Positions 17,719-27,166 of a stretch of DNA of 64,000 nt are shown piece after piece. The notes beneath the pieces were generated by a model. That model saw only the letters and a program-made list of their open reading frames with translations. It ran no database searches and was not told the origin of the DNA. The position numbers and the translations under genes are program-made. The DNA is from Vulcanimicrobiota bacterium (lineage in GTDB: Bacteria > Vulcanimicrobiota > Vulcanimicrobiia > Vulcanimicrobiales > Vulcanimicrobiaceae): assembly GCA_963777315.1 (NCBI GenBank), contig CAVZQC010000004.1, positions 832,001 to 896,000 of the forward strand. The letters run 5' to 3'. Positions within the stretch are counted from its first letter, which is position 1; each line of letters opens with the position of its first letter.

Positions 17719-18420
17719 GTGAACAACTCATCGACCATAACGCGACCGCCCGAACAGCAATGGACGCAGGGCGGTCCGGTTAAAACAGTCATTGAAAGCA
17801 CCGAAATTCAGCGCCGTGAGGCAACTTCGGAGGCCAGCATCGGTGAACCCGGCGCCATGGGCCTGTTCGGCTTCTGCGTCGGCACCGTCGTTATTGCTTG
17901 GGTGCTCTCCGGTTGGGCCGCGATGCCCGGGTCGCTCATCGCTGCGGTGCCTGCGCTGCTGGTCTTCGCCGGCGTCGGGCAATTCATCGCCGGCTTGTAC
18001 GCACTATCGCGTACGAACACGTGGTCCGGCACGACGATGTGCGCATACGGTGCGAATAACGTGATCATCGCTGCATTCATATGGATGCAAGCCGGCGGCC
18101 TCATTCCGCGCACTCCGAGCAACATGCTGCTGCTGGCCGTCGATCTATTCTGCATGGGATATATTTCGCTGGCCCTGATGATCGGCGCACTGCGGCTCAA
18201 CGTCACGTACGTGCTTATTACGGCGTGCTTGATCGCCGGCTACACGCTCCCCGGCATTCAGTTCCTGGGCGCGGCCCGCGAACTCGGCATCCTGGGCGGC
18301 TACTTCCTGCTTGCAGCATCGTTCTTTGCGTTCTATGCCGCAACCGCAACGATCGTGAACAGTGCATGGCAACGTGAGGTCGTACCGCTGTTCTCGCTGT
18401 CGCAAAGGCGCCGCGCATAG
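17719..18420 (+). CDS. GPR1/FUN34/YaaH (SatP-like) acetate/ammonia transporter family
   Basis: EPGAMGLFGF (NPAPLGL-like), GVGQFIAG, six TM, AFYAATATIVN. Confidence 0.75.
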   Translation: MNNSSTITRPPEQQWTQGGPVKTVIESTEIQRREATSEASIGEPGAMGLFGFCVGTVVIAWVLSGWAAMPGSLIAAVPALLVFAGVGQFIAGLYALSRTNTWSGTTMCAYGANNVIIAAFIWMQAGGLIPRTPSNMLLLAVDLFCMGYISLALMIGALRLNVTYVLITACLIAGYTLPGIQFLGAARELGILGGYFLLAASFFAFYAATATIVNSAWQREVVPLFSLSQRRRA

Positions 18421-18509
18421 AATAGCGTCGACCCGTTGAGGAAAAGGGGCCCGCGGCCGTGGTGAAAAACTTGGCGGCCGCAGGGTCCTTTTCATACTGT
18501 GGTCGATGC

Positions 18510-18584
18510 GGGCGGTTAGCTCAGTGGGAGAGCGCTTCCTTGACACGGAAGAGGTCAGAAGTTCAATCCTTCTACCGCCCACCA
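18510..18584 (+). tRNA. tRNA-Val(GAC)
   Basis: GGGCGGTTAGCTCAGTGGGAGAGCGCTTCCTTGACACGGAAGAGGTCAGAAGTTCAATCCTTCTACCGCCCACCA; TTGGCG-N16-CATACT promoter-like element upstream. Confidence 0.96.
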
Positions 18585-18604
18585 CTTTGGAAGCGTTCCT
18601 CCGC

Positions 18605-18901
18605 ATGAACGAAAACTTCAACGATCTCTTCAGCATCGAAGGCGCGCGCGTTGACAACGACGGCATCGCGCCCGGCGACAATCTGTGGGGCGCGCCCGAT
18701 CCCGGTTTCACGTCGTCAGAGTTCGTGAAGAAGCCGCGCACTGCGCCGGCCGTTCCGCCACCCGCGCAGTCAATAGATGCAGCGCCCGGGGATGAATCGC
18801 AGGCGAAATCGACGGAACAGTTAGACGCGTTATCCGATGCAATGCACCGCTTGACCGATACGGCGGAAGTGGCGCGGAGGACACGTAGGTTAGACAAATA
18901 A
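18605..18901 (+). CDS. hypothetical protein
   Basis: 98-aa ORF with host-like codon usage directly after the tRNA. Confidence 0.5.
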   Translation: MNENFNDLFSIEGARVDNDGIAPGDNLWGAPDPGFTSSEFVKKPRTAPAVPPPAQSIDAAPGDESQAKSTEQLDALSDAMHRLTDTAEVARRTRRLDK

Positions 18902-19208
18902 AGCGTTACTCAGAGATCGGCACAGAATAGCTCCGTAAGAATGGGCCTCTTGCGCCCGTCTGACCACCAGAGACGACCTTGTGAAATTTCGCCTTTGTCA
19001 GTTGTCGGTTTACGAGGCCGTAGCCGTATTCTACGGCTTCCGAAATGAGGGTACGCTCTACTACGTTTAGGAGTCGTTTTGGCTGTTGTCCTTGTTTTGG
19101 TATAACCTCTCCAATCAATACGGAACGCGCGCCGCTCTTTGCATCGTTAAGAGCCTTCATAAGCGCAATGAAGTTGCCCGGCTCTCGTGGAGAGTTTTAG
19201 ATTGGAAA

Positions 19209-20051
19209 TCACGCCGCGGTTTCCCGCTCATATGCGGCGGGAGAGCGGTAGCCCAGAGCTGAGTGGCGACGATGCCGATTGTACCAGCCCTCGATGAAGT
19301 CGAAGATAGCAAGTTCGGCTTCCTTATGCGTGCGGAACCGGTTCCGATCGAGTAGTTCGCATTCGAGCGTCGCATTGAAGCTCTCGCACATCGCGTTGTC
19401 GTAGCAATCACCAACTGAACCCATCGACGGACGAACTCCAGCTTCCCGGCACCGAGATCCGAAAGCAATCGAGGTGTATTGCGTTCCTTGATCGGAATGA
19501 TGAATGACGCTTTCGGGCCTACGACGTTCAATCGCCATGTTGAGCGCATCGAGTACAAGTTGCGTGCGCATGTTCGAGCTCATTGCATAGCCGACGATTC
19601 GGCGGCTAAACGCGTCGAGAACGACTGCAAGAAACAAGAACCCGGCGTAGGTTGGGATGTACGTGATATCAGCAACCCACAGTTTGTCTGGTGCGTTAGC
19701 GATGAATTTTCGATCGACAAGATCCGGTGCGGGTCGAGCATCTCGATCACGCACGGTCGTCCGAACGCCCTTACGGCGGCTTGCGCCTACGAGATTTCGC
19801 TCGTTCATGAGTCGCGCAAGTCGGTCGTTGCTCAGGGTAATGCCCTCGTCTTTCAACTCGGCCTTGATGCGTGGTCGACCGTACGTGTTGCGAGAGCGTC
19901 GATGAATTGCCTCGATGCGATCACCAAGTTCAATGTCGCGCCGCGCTTGCGCTGACGGTGGACGATTGAGCCACGCATAGTACCCGCTGGCGGAGACCTC
20001 CAGAACCCGGCACATCGTGGAAATGTGGAATTTGGCCTGGTAGCTCTTCAC
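19209..20051 (-). CDS. IS3 transposase OrfB (DDE integrase core)
   Basis: WVADITY, HHSDQGTQY, DNAMCESF, YNRHRRHSALG; in -1 frame to OrfA with GTGA overlap. Confidence 0.95.
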   Translation of the reverse strand: MKSYQAKFHISTMCRVLEVSASGYYAWLNRPPSAQARRDIELGDRIEAIHRRSRNTYGRPRIKAELKDEGITLSNDRLARLMNERNLVGASRRKGVRTTVRDRDARPAPDLVDRKFIANAPDKLWVADITYIPTYAGFLFLAVVLDAFSRRIVGYAMSSNMRTQLVLDALNMAIERRRPESVIHHSDQGTQYTSIAFGSRCREAGVRPSMGSVGDCYDNAMCESFNATLECELLDRNRFRTHKEAELAIFDFIEGWYNRHRRHSALGYRSPAAYERETAA

Positions 20052-20365
20052 GAGTCGGAAGATTTCTTGGGGATCACGTCGGTCTCCCGAGCAAACCAGG
20101 CCGCGGCTTTTGACAAGATTTCATTCTCGATCGTGAGTCGCTTGTTTTCACGTCGAAGTTTCGAGAGTTCTGCTCGTTCTTCGCTGGTCAATCCGTCGGT
20201 GCGCTTGCCAGTATCGAGATCGACCTGCTTTTCCCAATTGCGAATCGTTTGTGGTGCAAGCTCGAATTCGGCGGCCAACTCATCTATGCGGCGACCGGTA
20301 CGCAGCAGTTCAAGAACTTTATGCCGGAAGTCCGGCGGGTAGGAGTGCGGACGCTTTTTGCCCAT
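20048..20365 (-). CDS. IS3 transposase OrfA (HTH)
   Basis: YPPDFR, TIRNW, ELSKLRRENKRL..ENEILSKAAAWF. Confidence 0.93.
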   Translation of the reverse strand: MGKKRPHSYPPDFRHKVLELLRTGRRIDELAAEFELAPQTIRNWEKQVDLDTGKRTDGLTSEERAELSKLRRENKRLTIENEILSKAAAWFARETDVIPKKSSDS

Positions 20366-21173
20366 TGGTGGACCCTTCTCCGCCAAAGCGGAAGTGTCCA
20401 CGAGAGCCGGGCAACTTCACAACGTTCTGTTTCAGATGCTGGTCTATCCGAACTCGAAGGTTATCGGCCTGCCCAATGTAGATTGGCTCGTATGTTTTCC
20501 GCAAACTTTCTGCAAAAAACGTAAATGCCGATTCGTTGCGGTATTCGCTTCTTGGCCTCGTCTGGTACGATATAATACTGAGGAACATCCTTAGGCGCTC
20601 GCGCTAAGTTAACTGGGGTGCGCCAGATGATTTTGATGTCCATAAAACAATCGACTCACCCTTCGTTGGAATGTTTAGTGCATCAACGTATTTGAAGCGT
20701 GAGGCTGTATTCGTTATTTTAAGTTGGTATTCCTCAAGGGAATAGCATTCGGCGCTCGGGACTCCCTCGACGAGCGCGCTCCACGTTCCGCGCCTATGTC
20801 GTGATAGTCGGCCAGCGCAGCGGACTCCGTTGTGAAATATCGCTTCAGCGTAAATCAGCCAGCTAGAGGACAACATTGTCATCAAGTCTGCGAACGCATC
20901 TTGAAGCTCCCCGGCCCGACGATCAACGTGGTAAACACGACCCGAAACTGGCCGGATCCGGGTCGGCCTATTATAATCCGGCGCGAGCGGTTAGCGTCGC
21001 AGATACGATGTTCAATGTGTCGGCAAGATTGGGAATCCTAAACTAGAATTGAGAGCGAGACAATGCGTTTTTTGGGGACGACACGGGCTGAAGGGTTCAC
21101 GCTTCCACCGTAGTGCGGAAACGCAGACGGCGCGGCTATAAAATCTCGCCCGCTGCTTACCGATACCAAATGC

Positions 21174-21800
21174 ATGTTAGGCCATACTGCAGGCGCCCAA
21201 AAACTTACAACCGTTTCGCTCATTTTTACGATAGGCGCCCTGCTAGCGACGTTAAGCACAGCTCAAGCAATTGAACCCCCTAACGCGACGACACTTCAGC
21301 ATGCCCTCACGTTTGGAGCCTCCACCCCTGTGGACGCGCTCGTTGTTTTGCCCGAATGGTATCATAACACTCCGGATAACGATTGGGCGCCTACCTTTAC
21401 AATTGCAACGCCATTCTTCGTGGCTGCATTCGCCGAAGCCAGTGCTAAGAAGACCTACAATGAGATCGCGCCTAACATATTGCACTCACTAAAAACGAAC
21501 GATGTGTTAATGTTCGACATCACACTGACCTCAAGTGTCCTTCACGGTAACGACGAACCGGGGTGTGTAATCAAGCAACGTGCGAGAGTCATACATCCGC
21601 TTGCTGTGAACCTTGGGCCTCAAGAGGTAGTTGATGTCGGGGAGGAGGGTGACTCTGCCTTCAGACGGGAGTTTCGCTGTAATTTTTCTCTAAGCGCCTT
21701 CAAATATAATGAGCCCTTCACGCTCGCCCTTGTAAATATCATGGCGGGTCTGGACGACACAGAGAAGGACTATGATTTGGAACCCAGCACCTTCCGCTAG
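21174..21800 (+). CDS. secreted hypothetical protein (AT-richer, foreign-looking)
   Basis: 208-aa ORF with signal peptide ending AQA; no recognised family. Confidence 0.55.
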   Translation: MLGHTAGAQKLTTVSLIFTIGALLATLSTAQAIEPPNATTLQHALTFGASTPVDALVVLPEWYHNTPDNDWAPTFTIATPFFVAAFAEASAKKTYNEIAPNILHSLKTNDVLMFDITLTSSVLHGNDEPGCVIKQRARVIHPLAVNLGPQEVVDVGEEGDSAFRREFRCNFSLSAFKYNEPFTLALVNIMAGLDDTEKDYDLEPSTFR

Positions 21801-21863
21801 AAGCGCTATTCTCACGATTTAAATAGTTCCGAACCGATGTTCGGTCATTTATTTACGTGCTGG

Positions 21864-22124
21864 TCACGTCAGTACAACACCGCGAGTCCGTCGGCAGCCC
21901 CCGGCTTTGGCGGCAGAACATCTCTCTTCGGGCGTATCGCCGCATTGCCACGTCAGGCCCTCCAGGGGTTCGCCGGGTAACTCCGTCCTCGAGCCGTTCG
22001 AGTCTGCAGCGAAAACCGTGATTTGCGCTTGCTGCATCTGCGACGTATCGATCGGCTCGCCCAATTCGGCAACCAATGCCTCTCGCGTCCACACCGGTAT
22101 CTGTAAATCCGATTCGTCATTCAT
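21864..22124 (-). CDS. small hypothetical protein
   Basis: Co-oriented downstream of 22164-23432; start and C-terminus uncertain. Confidence 0.4.
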   Translation of the reverse strand: MNDESDLQIPVWTREALVAELGEPIDTSQMQQAQITVFAADSNGSRTELPGEPLEGLTWQCGDTPEERCSAAKAGGCRRTRGVVLT

Positions 22125-22163
22125 GACTATGGTGTTTTCCCCCAAATTCAACGCGGCGTCGCC

Positions 22164-23432
22164 TCATCGATCCAAAAAGCGGTCCAGCACGTTGCGCGTA
22201 ATGCCCGCGACGATGGGCTCTCCTGCGTGCAGCACGCGCGCCCAGTCGACCGTCGACGCAGTAAACACCATGCCGTTGTTGCAGCGCACTCCCAGCGTGG
22301 CGCGCGCGTTGGGTGAACGTTCGCCCGAACCGTCGCTTACGGACCAGTCGTCCAGCGACCCCTGAGCGAGTATCTCCAGATCGCTTTGGGGCGCCGCGCC
22401 GTCGCACTCATAACCCAGCAGGCGCTGCTCAAAACCGAAGGCGTCCCCGTCGGACACATTCAACCCCGCGAACGCCCAGTGCCGCACGCCCGTCGCGTGA
22501 TACCCGGACGGCGGCCGCGTGCCGATCCACTTTCCGCCGCCGAAGGCATACGAAACGCCGGTCGTCTTCCACTCCGGAACGTCGGCCCAGCGGCCCACTC
22601 TGCTGATTGCGCGCGCGGCATGATCGTAGCGAACGCAAAACCAGCCGGTATTGCCGCCGAAGAACGCGACGTTGCCTCCAGCCGCAACGAACGCGTCTAT
22701 CCGCGCGCGCATCTCGCGCGTCCAGTACTCGAAATGTCCGAACGATGCCAGCGCAGCGTATTGCGCGAGGTTCACGCTCCCGTCGTGCAATTCCAAATCA
22801 GTGCAGCAGTCGTATTCGTATCCGTGCGTTTCCAGCCACGACAGCGCCTTGGCGTCCCAGTGCGCGAACGTTTGCCGCGGCGATGCCGTATCGTACCGGT
22901 CCACGTTGACTTCATCCCACGGATGTCCGCCCACGCCCCCGCCCGGCCGATGCAGCGTAACCCATTTCGACCCGCTGTATAAACAATCGCCTTGGCCCTC
23001 GCCGCGCGTTCCGTCGACATCCGCAACGTTGTACGCGTGGTAGGTAAATAGCGGGAGTACCACCAGCAGCGGTGCGCGCGGTTTTGCATCGCGCACCACG
23101 AAAAGCGCTCGCGCGGACCGCGCGTCGATCTCCGCCAAACCTTCCGGCCGAACCGGGCTTTCGCCGCCATCGCCGTGCAGCACCGCAATGTACGCGCCGG
23201 GCTTAAATGTGCGCGGTATTTCCACTTCGGACGCCGGCCAGTCCCACGCAATGCCGGCCGCGCGCGCCGGCGCAGGCTCCCCTGCAAACCAGCAGTCGCC
23301 CGTGCTCAGCGCTTCAATACGCGATCCGCAACGCGCGAACGTTACGCGAAACCGGCGCGCGTCGCTGGAAACGTGCAGCTTGAGCGAGCCGCCTGGGGTA
23401 ACGCCGGGAACGCCCGGATATGCGCGAATCAC
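22164..23432 (-). CDS. N,N-dimethylformamidase large-subunit-like (DUF6605-type) protein
   Basis: PGAYIA, TYHAYN, GHFEYW, GGNVAFFGGN, LGYECD. Confidence 0.75.
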   Translation of the reverse strand: MIRAYPGVPGVTPGGSLKLHVSSDARRFRVTFARCGSRIEALSTGDCWFAGEPAPARAAGIAWDWPASEVEIPRTFKPGAYIAVLHGDGGESPVRPEGLAEIDARSARALFVVRDAKPRAPLLVVLPLFTYHAYNVADVDGTRGEGQGDCLYSGSKWVTLHRPGGGVGGHPWDEVNVDRYDTASPRQTFAHWDAKALSWLETHGYEYDCCTDLELHDGSVNLAQYAALASFGHFEYWTREMRARIDAFVAAGGNVAFFGGNTGWFCVRYDHAARAISRVGRWADVPEWKTTGVSYAFGGGKWIGTRPPSGYHATGVRHWAFAGLNVSDGDAFGFEQRLLGYECDGAAPQSDLEILAQGSLDDWSVSDGSGERSPNARATLGVRCNNGMVFTASTVDWARVLHAGEPIVAGITRNVLDRFLDR

Positions 23433-24316
23433 TGAGCCGGTGCGGGATCGAACGCTTCTATGCGCCGCTCGAGCTCTCGCGGAATAACGCGGCGTTCACG
23501 AATGACCCACGGCAGTCCGGCAATCGCTTCGGTAAGCGCGGCGCGCGCTACCCGATCGGTTCTGGCCATTTGCGCGTATCGCGCCAGTTCGCGCGCGGCG
23601 CTTGAGAACGAGCGCCGCAGCAGCACGGTCCACAGCCGGTTGCGCAGCATCAGCCGCCGGCGAGCGTCGGGATTGCGGTTCACCGGCGACGGCCGATGGT
23701 GCAGAACGAGATCGTCGCAGTACCACAACGCCCATCCTCGCGCAGCCAAGTCGATAGAAAGCAGCGATTCCTCCGCGCCCATGAAATAGCGAACGTGATA
23801 CCCGCCGGCCTGCAAGAATGCGCTCGCGCGCATGATGCTCGCGCCGGCCATAAAGTACGCGATCGGCACTCCGGCACAGAGCTGGTCGGTTTGCGCACCG
23901 CGCATTGCAACGCATGCGGGATCCGCGCGGTCGTCCGGCCCCACCAGCACGCGCCCGTTGAGCACCGCAACGTTCGCGAAGCGTTCGAACCGCTGCACGG
24001 CGCGCGAGAGCGATCCCGGTGACCAATAACAGTCGTCGTCGCAGAACGCCACGTAGGCCGTTCCCGCTTCGAGCACGCCCACCGTGCGGGCCGCAGCGCC
24101 GAGATTTCGCGCCAGCGGTATGCAGCGAACTCCGGCGAACGATCCGCACAGCGCCGCAGTGTCCTCGGTCGACCCGTTGTCGACCACCACGATAGGCGGA
24201 CGTTCGGGAAGCTCGCACAGCCGTTCGAGCGTTTGAGCCAGAGCGGCGCACCGGTTGTGCGTTGCAATGACGACGGCGCAGTCCCTTACCGGACTGTCGC
24301 CGCTGCGGCCGTTCAC
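23429..24316 (-). CDS. glycosyltransferase family 2
   Basis: VIATHNR, VVDNGSTE, FCDDD, GAEE. Confidence 0.9.
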   Translation of the reverse strand: MNGRSGDSPVRDCAVVIATHNRCAALAQTLERLCELPERPPIVVVDNGSTEDTAALCGSFAGVRCIPLARNLGAAARTVGVLEAGTAYVAFCDDDCYWSPGSLSRAVQRFERFANVAVLNGRVLVGPDDRADPACVAMRGAQTDQLCAGVPIAYFMAGASIMRASAFLQAGGYHVRYFMGAEESLLSIDLAARGWALWYCDDLVLHHRPSPVNRNPDARRRLMLRNRLWTVLLRRSFSSAARELARYAQMARTDRVARAALTEAIAGLPWVIRERRVIPRELERRIEAFDPAPAQ

Positions 24317-24362
24317 CCGTACCGCATACCCACGAACCGCAGAAGAGCTCGCTTGCGCGATT

Positions 24363-24379
24363 CCACAGGAAACTCTCAG
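24363..24379 (+). promoter_or_regulatory. 11-bp-period direct repeat, candidate OmpR/MprA-type operator
   Basis: CCACAG-N5-TCTCAG 45 nt upstream of the lipoprotein ATG. Confidence 0.35.
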
Positions 24380-24424
24380 GACGCACGCGCCCGCAGGTAC
24401 GTTACCTCACCGGAGGAAGCCAGC

Positions 24425-24868
24425 ATGAACCATCTTCGCTTGATATGCGCTCTCGCGCTCGCTTGCAGTCTGTGCGCCTGCGGCGGCTCCGGCACGGGCA
24501 ACCTGGGCGGCCTGCTGTACAACAACCAGTGCAACACCGGCACGCAAGTGCAGCTCGTTAGTCCCGTTCCGGGCCAGCCTGCTTCGAACGTGAGCCAAAT
24601 CATGATCGTCGCAAACGGCAACAGCAACACGCTGTATAGCTCGTATTCGCAATGGTATCTCTACGTTACCGATACCAACGGCAACCAAGTCCAAGGCGGA
24701 CCGTTGAATCTTGCCGACGGCCGGTCCCAGCCGCACCCGTACACCTCGGATTTCTACTACACGTCGCAGCTGCAGGAAACGCTGCCGCCGGGAGCCGCTT
24801 GGAACGTTTTTCTCACCCAGAACAACGGTTCGTGCACGCCCGTCCCGCTGCAAGCGTTTTCTACGTAG
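24425..24868 (+). CDS. putative lipoprotein
   Basis: GGAGG SD; lipobox LCAC-GG; Asn/Gln/Thr-rich beta-sandwich-like body. Confidence 0.7.
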   Translation: MNHLRLICALALACSLCACGGSGTGNLGGLLYNNQCNTGTQVQLVSPVPGQPASNVSQIMIVANGNSNTLYSSYSQWYLYVTDTNGNQVQGGPLNLADGRSQPHPYTSDFYYTSQLQETLPPGAAWNVFLTQNNGSCTPVPLQAFST

Positions 24869-24885
24869 CCCGCGGATAAGCGCAA

Positions 24886-25830
24886 CTAGCGGATAAGCGA
24901 GATCTCCCGCGGCATCGTAAACACGATCTCGGGCTCGGGTTTGCCGACTTCTTCGAGCTCGAACGTGCCAAGTTGCTGCAGGCGGTCGACGATGGTTTGG
25001 GTCAGATATTCCGGAGACGAGGCGCCGGCGGTTATACCGATGCGCCCGGCGCCTTGCAGCCATGCCGGATCTATCTGATCCGCACGATCCACCAGATAGG
25101 CGCGCGTATCCAGCTGTTCGGCCAGCTCGCGCAGGCGCAGCGAGTTGGAGTGATTTTCCGAACCCACCACAAACAGCACGTCAACGGCCGCGGCCAGCGC
25201 CCGCACCGCATCCTGACGGTTCTGCGTCGCGTAGCAAATGTCGTCGCGCGCCGGCGTGCGAACGTTCGGAAAACGCCGGCGCACGGCTTGCATGATTTCA
25301 GTGGTTTCATCCACGCTTAGCGTGGTTTGCGTGATCACCGCCACGCGGTCGGGGTCGGGCACGCGCACATGCTCGACGCCCGCGACGTCCTCGACCAAAC
25401 TGATTCGATCCGGAATCTCTCCCATCGTGCCGATTACTTCGTCATGATCGGCGTGGCCGATCAGCAGCACGTGCAGGCCCGCCTTGGCGAATTTGATCGC
25501 TTCGTAGTGCACTTTGGAGACGAGCGGGCACGTTGCGTCGATGACGCGCAGCCGGCGATCTTGGGCGGTTTGCCGCACGGCCGGCGAAATGCCGTGCGCG
25601 CTGAACACCAAGATCGCGCCTTCGGGCACCTCTTCGACTTCTTCCACGAAGATCGCTCCACGCGCGCGCAGGCGGTCGACGACTTCACGATTGTGCACGA
25701 TCTCTTTGCGAACGTAAATCGGTCCGCCGTGCTGATCGAGAAGTTGGTCCACGACCGCGATGGCGCGATCCACGCCCGCACAGCAGCCGCGAGGATTGGC
25801 CAACAGCATCTTTTGCGGGCTCACGGTCAT
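24886..25830 (-). CDS. ispH: 4-hydroxy-3-methylbut-2-enyl diphosphate reductase
   Basis: PRGCCAGV, IVHN, SAHG, DATCPLV, QTTLS, ICYATQNRQ, TAGASSP. Confidence 0.97.
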   Translation of the reverse strand: MTVSPQKMLLANPRGCCAGVDRAIAVVDQLLDQHGGPIYVRKEIVHNREVVDRLRARGAIFVEEVEEVPEGAILVFSAHGISPAVRQTAQDRRLRVIDATCPLVSKVHYEAIKFAKAGLHVLLIGHADHDEVIGTMGEIPDRISLVEDVAGVEHVRVPDPDRVAVITQTTLSVDETTEIMQAVRRRFPNVRTPARDDICYATQNRQDAVRALAAAVDVLFVVGSENHSNSLRLRELAEQLDTRAYLVDRADQIDPAWLQGAGRIGITAGASSPEYLTQTIVDRLQQLGTFELEEVGKPEPEIVFTMPREISLIR

Positions 25831-25909
25831 TGTGTTCCTTGCCGCGCCATTCGGCGCCTGCGCAGCTGTTTTCAAGGGGCGGTGCGCCCCCCGACAGTAT
25901 CATGCGCGC

Positions 25910-27145
25910 ATGCCGCATACCGGAAAAGTCTGGCTCGCGCGCCTGCGCACCATGGCGCCGGGCATCGTTTCCGCCGCCTCGGACAACGATCCGACGACGG
26001 TTGCATCGCTGGCCGTCATCGGATCGACCACGACGTATGGGCTGGGATGGCTCGTATTGCTGGTCATTCCGATGCTGGCGATCGTTCAAGCCATCAGCTC
26101 GCAGGTCGGCACAGTGACCAAACGCGGGCTGGAGGATCTCGTACGGCAGCGATACGGGCGAATTGCGGCGTCCGTAGTGCTGATCGCCGTCTTGTTCGTC
26201 AACGTGCTGACGTTTGCGGCGGATTTGGAAGGCGGCGGCGCGGCGCTCGAGTTGCTGACGGGCGTGCACTATGTCTGGTGGGTCGCGCCGCTGGCGGCCG
26301 GGAGTCTGGCGTTGCTCATTTGGGGAAATTACACGCGCGTCGAGCGATTATTAGTCTACATTCCGCTGGCGTTCATCACCTACGTCATCGCTGCATTTTG
26401 CGCTCATCCCGACTGGGGCGCGGTAGTGCGCGGTTCGTTCATTCCGCATCTGCAGCATTCACGCAACTACGTTGCGGGCGCGATCGCACTGCTGGGCACC
26501 ACGCTCACTGCGTACGCGTACGTCTGGCAGGGCGTGGAAATTTCCGAAGAACGCCCGCCGCTGCGGCGCCTGGGCTTGGTGCAGATCGACGCGACGTTCG
26601 GCGCGATAGGTGCGGGTATCACGTTTTGGTTCATCGTCATCGCAACGGGCGCAACGCTGGGCGTTCACGGCAAGCAGGTCCAAACTGCCGCCGAAGCCGC
26701 GAGCGCACTCGCGCCGGTTGCCGGGCGTTTCGCATCGGTGCTGTTCGGCATCGGGCTTTTGGGTTCGGCGCTGCTCGCGCTGCCGGTGCTGCTGGCGACC
26801 AGCGCCTATGTTGCCGCCGAGATGTTTCGCTGGGTCGGCCATCTCGACCGCAAGTTTTTTCAGGCGCCTCGCTTTTACGCGACCATGCTGGTTTTAGCCG
26901 TCGTCGGCTGCGGCATCGCCTTTGCGGGCGTCGCGCCCATTCGCTTGCTGTTCGTCAGTTCGATCGCCGGCGGCATCGCGACGCCGATCACGCTCGTATT
27001 CATGCTGCTGGCCGCCAGCGACAAGCAGACGATGCGCGATCACGGCATCGCGCCCTGGCTTCGTACCGCGGGCTGGTTCACCACTGCGATCGTCACTATC
27101 GCCGCCGCAGTCTTCTTGTACCAAACTTTCACGGGCTCGTCGTGA
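25910..27145 (+). CDS. NRAMP-related divalent metal transporter
   Basis: PGIVSAASDNDP, LGTTLTAY, about 11 TM. Confidence 0.8.
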   Translation: MPHTGKVWLARLRTMAPGIVSAASDNDPTTVASLAVIGSTTTYGLGWLVLLVIPMLAIVQAISSQVGTVTKRGLEDLVRQRYGRIAASVVLIAVLFVNVLTFAADLEGGGAALELLTGVHYVWWVAPLAAGSLALLIWGNYTRVERLLVYIPLAFITYVIAAFCAHPDWGAVVRGSFIPHLQHSRNYVAGAIALLGTTLTAYAYVWQGVEISEERPPLRRLGLVQIDATFGAIGAGITFWFIVIATGATLGVHGKQVQTAAEAASALAPVAGRFASVLFGIGLLGSALLALPVLLATSAYVAAEMFRWVGHLDRKFFQAPRFYATMLVLAVVGCGIAFAGVAPIRLLFVSSIAGGIATPITLVFMLLAASDKQTMRDHGIAPWLRTAGWFTTAIVTIAAAVFLYQTFTGSS

Positions 27146-27166
27146 TCGCCCGGACGCGGCACCGTA

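Larger units (their letters stand above)
19169..20419 (-). mobile_element. IS3-family insertion sequence, 1251 bp
   Basis: Perfect 23-bp terminal IRs TGAAGTTGCCCGGCTCTCGTGGA (TG...CA ends); 3-bp target duplication CAA at 19166-19168 and 20420-20422. Confidence 0.96.
18906..20643 (-). pseudogene. GIY-YIG nuclease gene interrupted by IS3 (plus +1 frameshift near 20495-20502)
   Basis: IGIYVF...YEPIYIGQADNLRVRIDQH right of the IS; removing IS and TSD gives in-frame QNV-ALMKALND...VERTLI...LVNRQ. Confidence 0.75.

Noticed and set aside
20604..21259. Short ORFs 20604..20885, 20832..21041 and 21038..21259
   Set aside because: Mutually overlapping, no motifs or SD; none can be supported as a gene.
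18560..21860. Prophage or integrative element at tRNA-Val
   Set aside because: No integrase, phage genes or duplicated tRNA 3' end found; kept only as a decayed islet.
21864..21905. Possible additional frameshift in the G5 run of the small ORF
   Set aside because: Removing a base does not give a clearly better C-terminus; unsupported without homologs.
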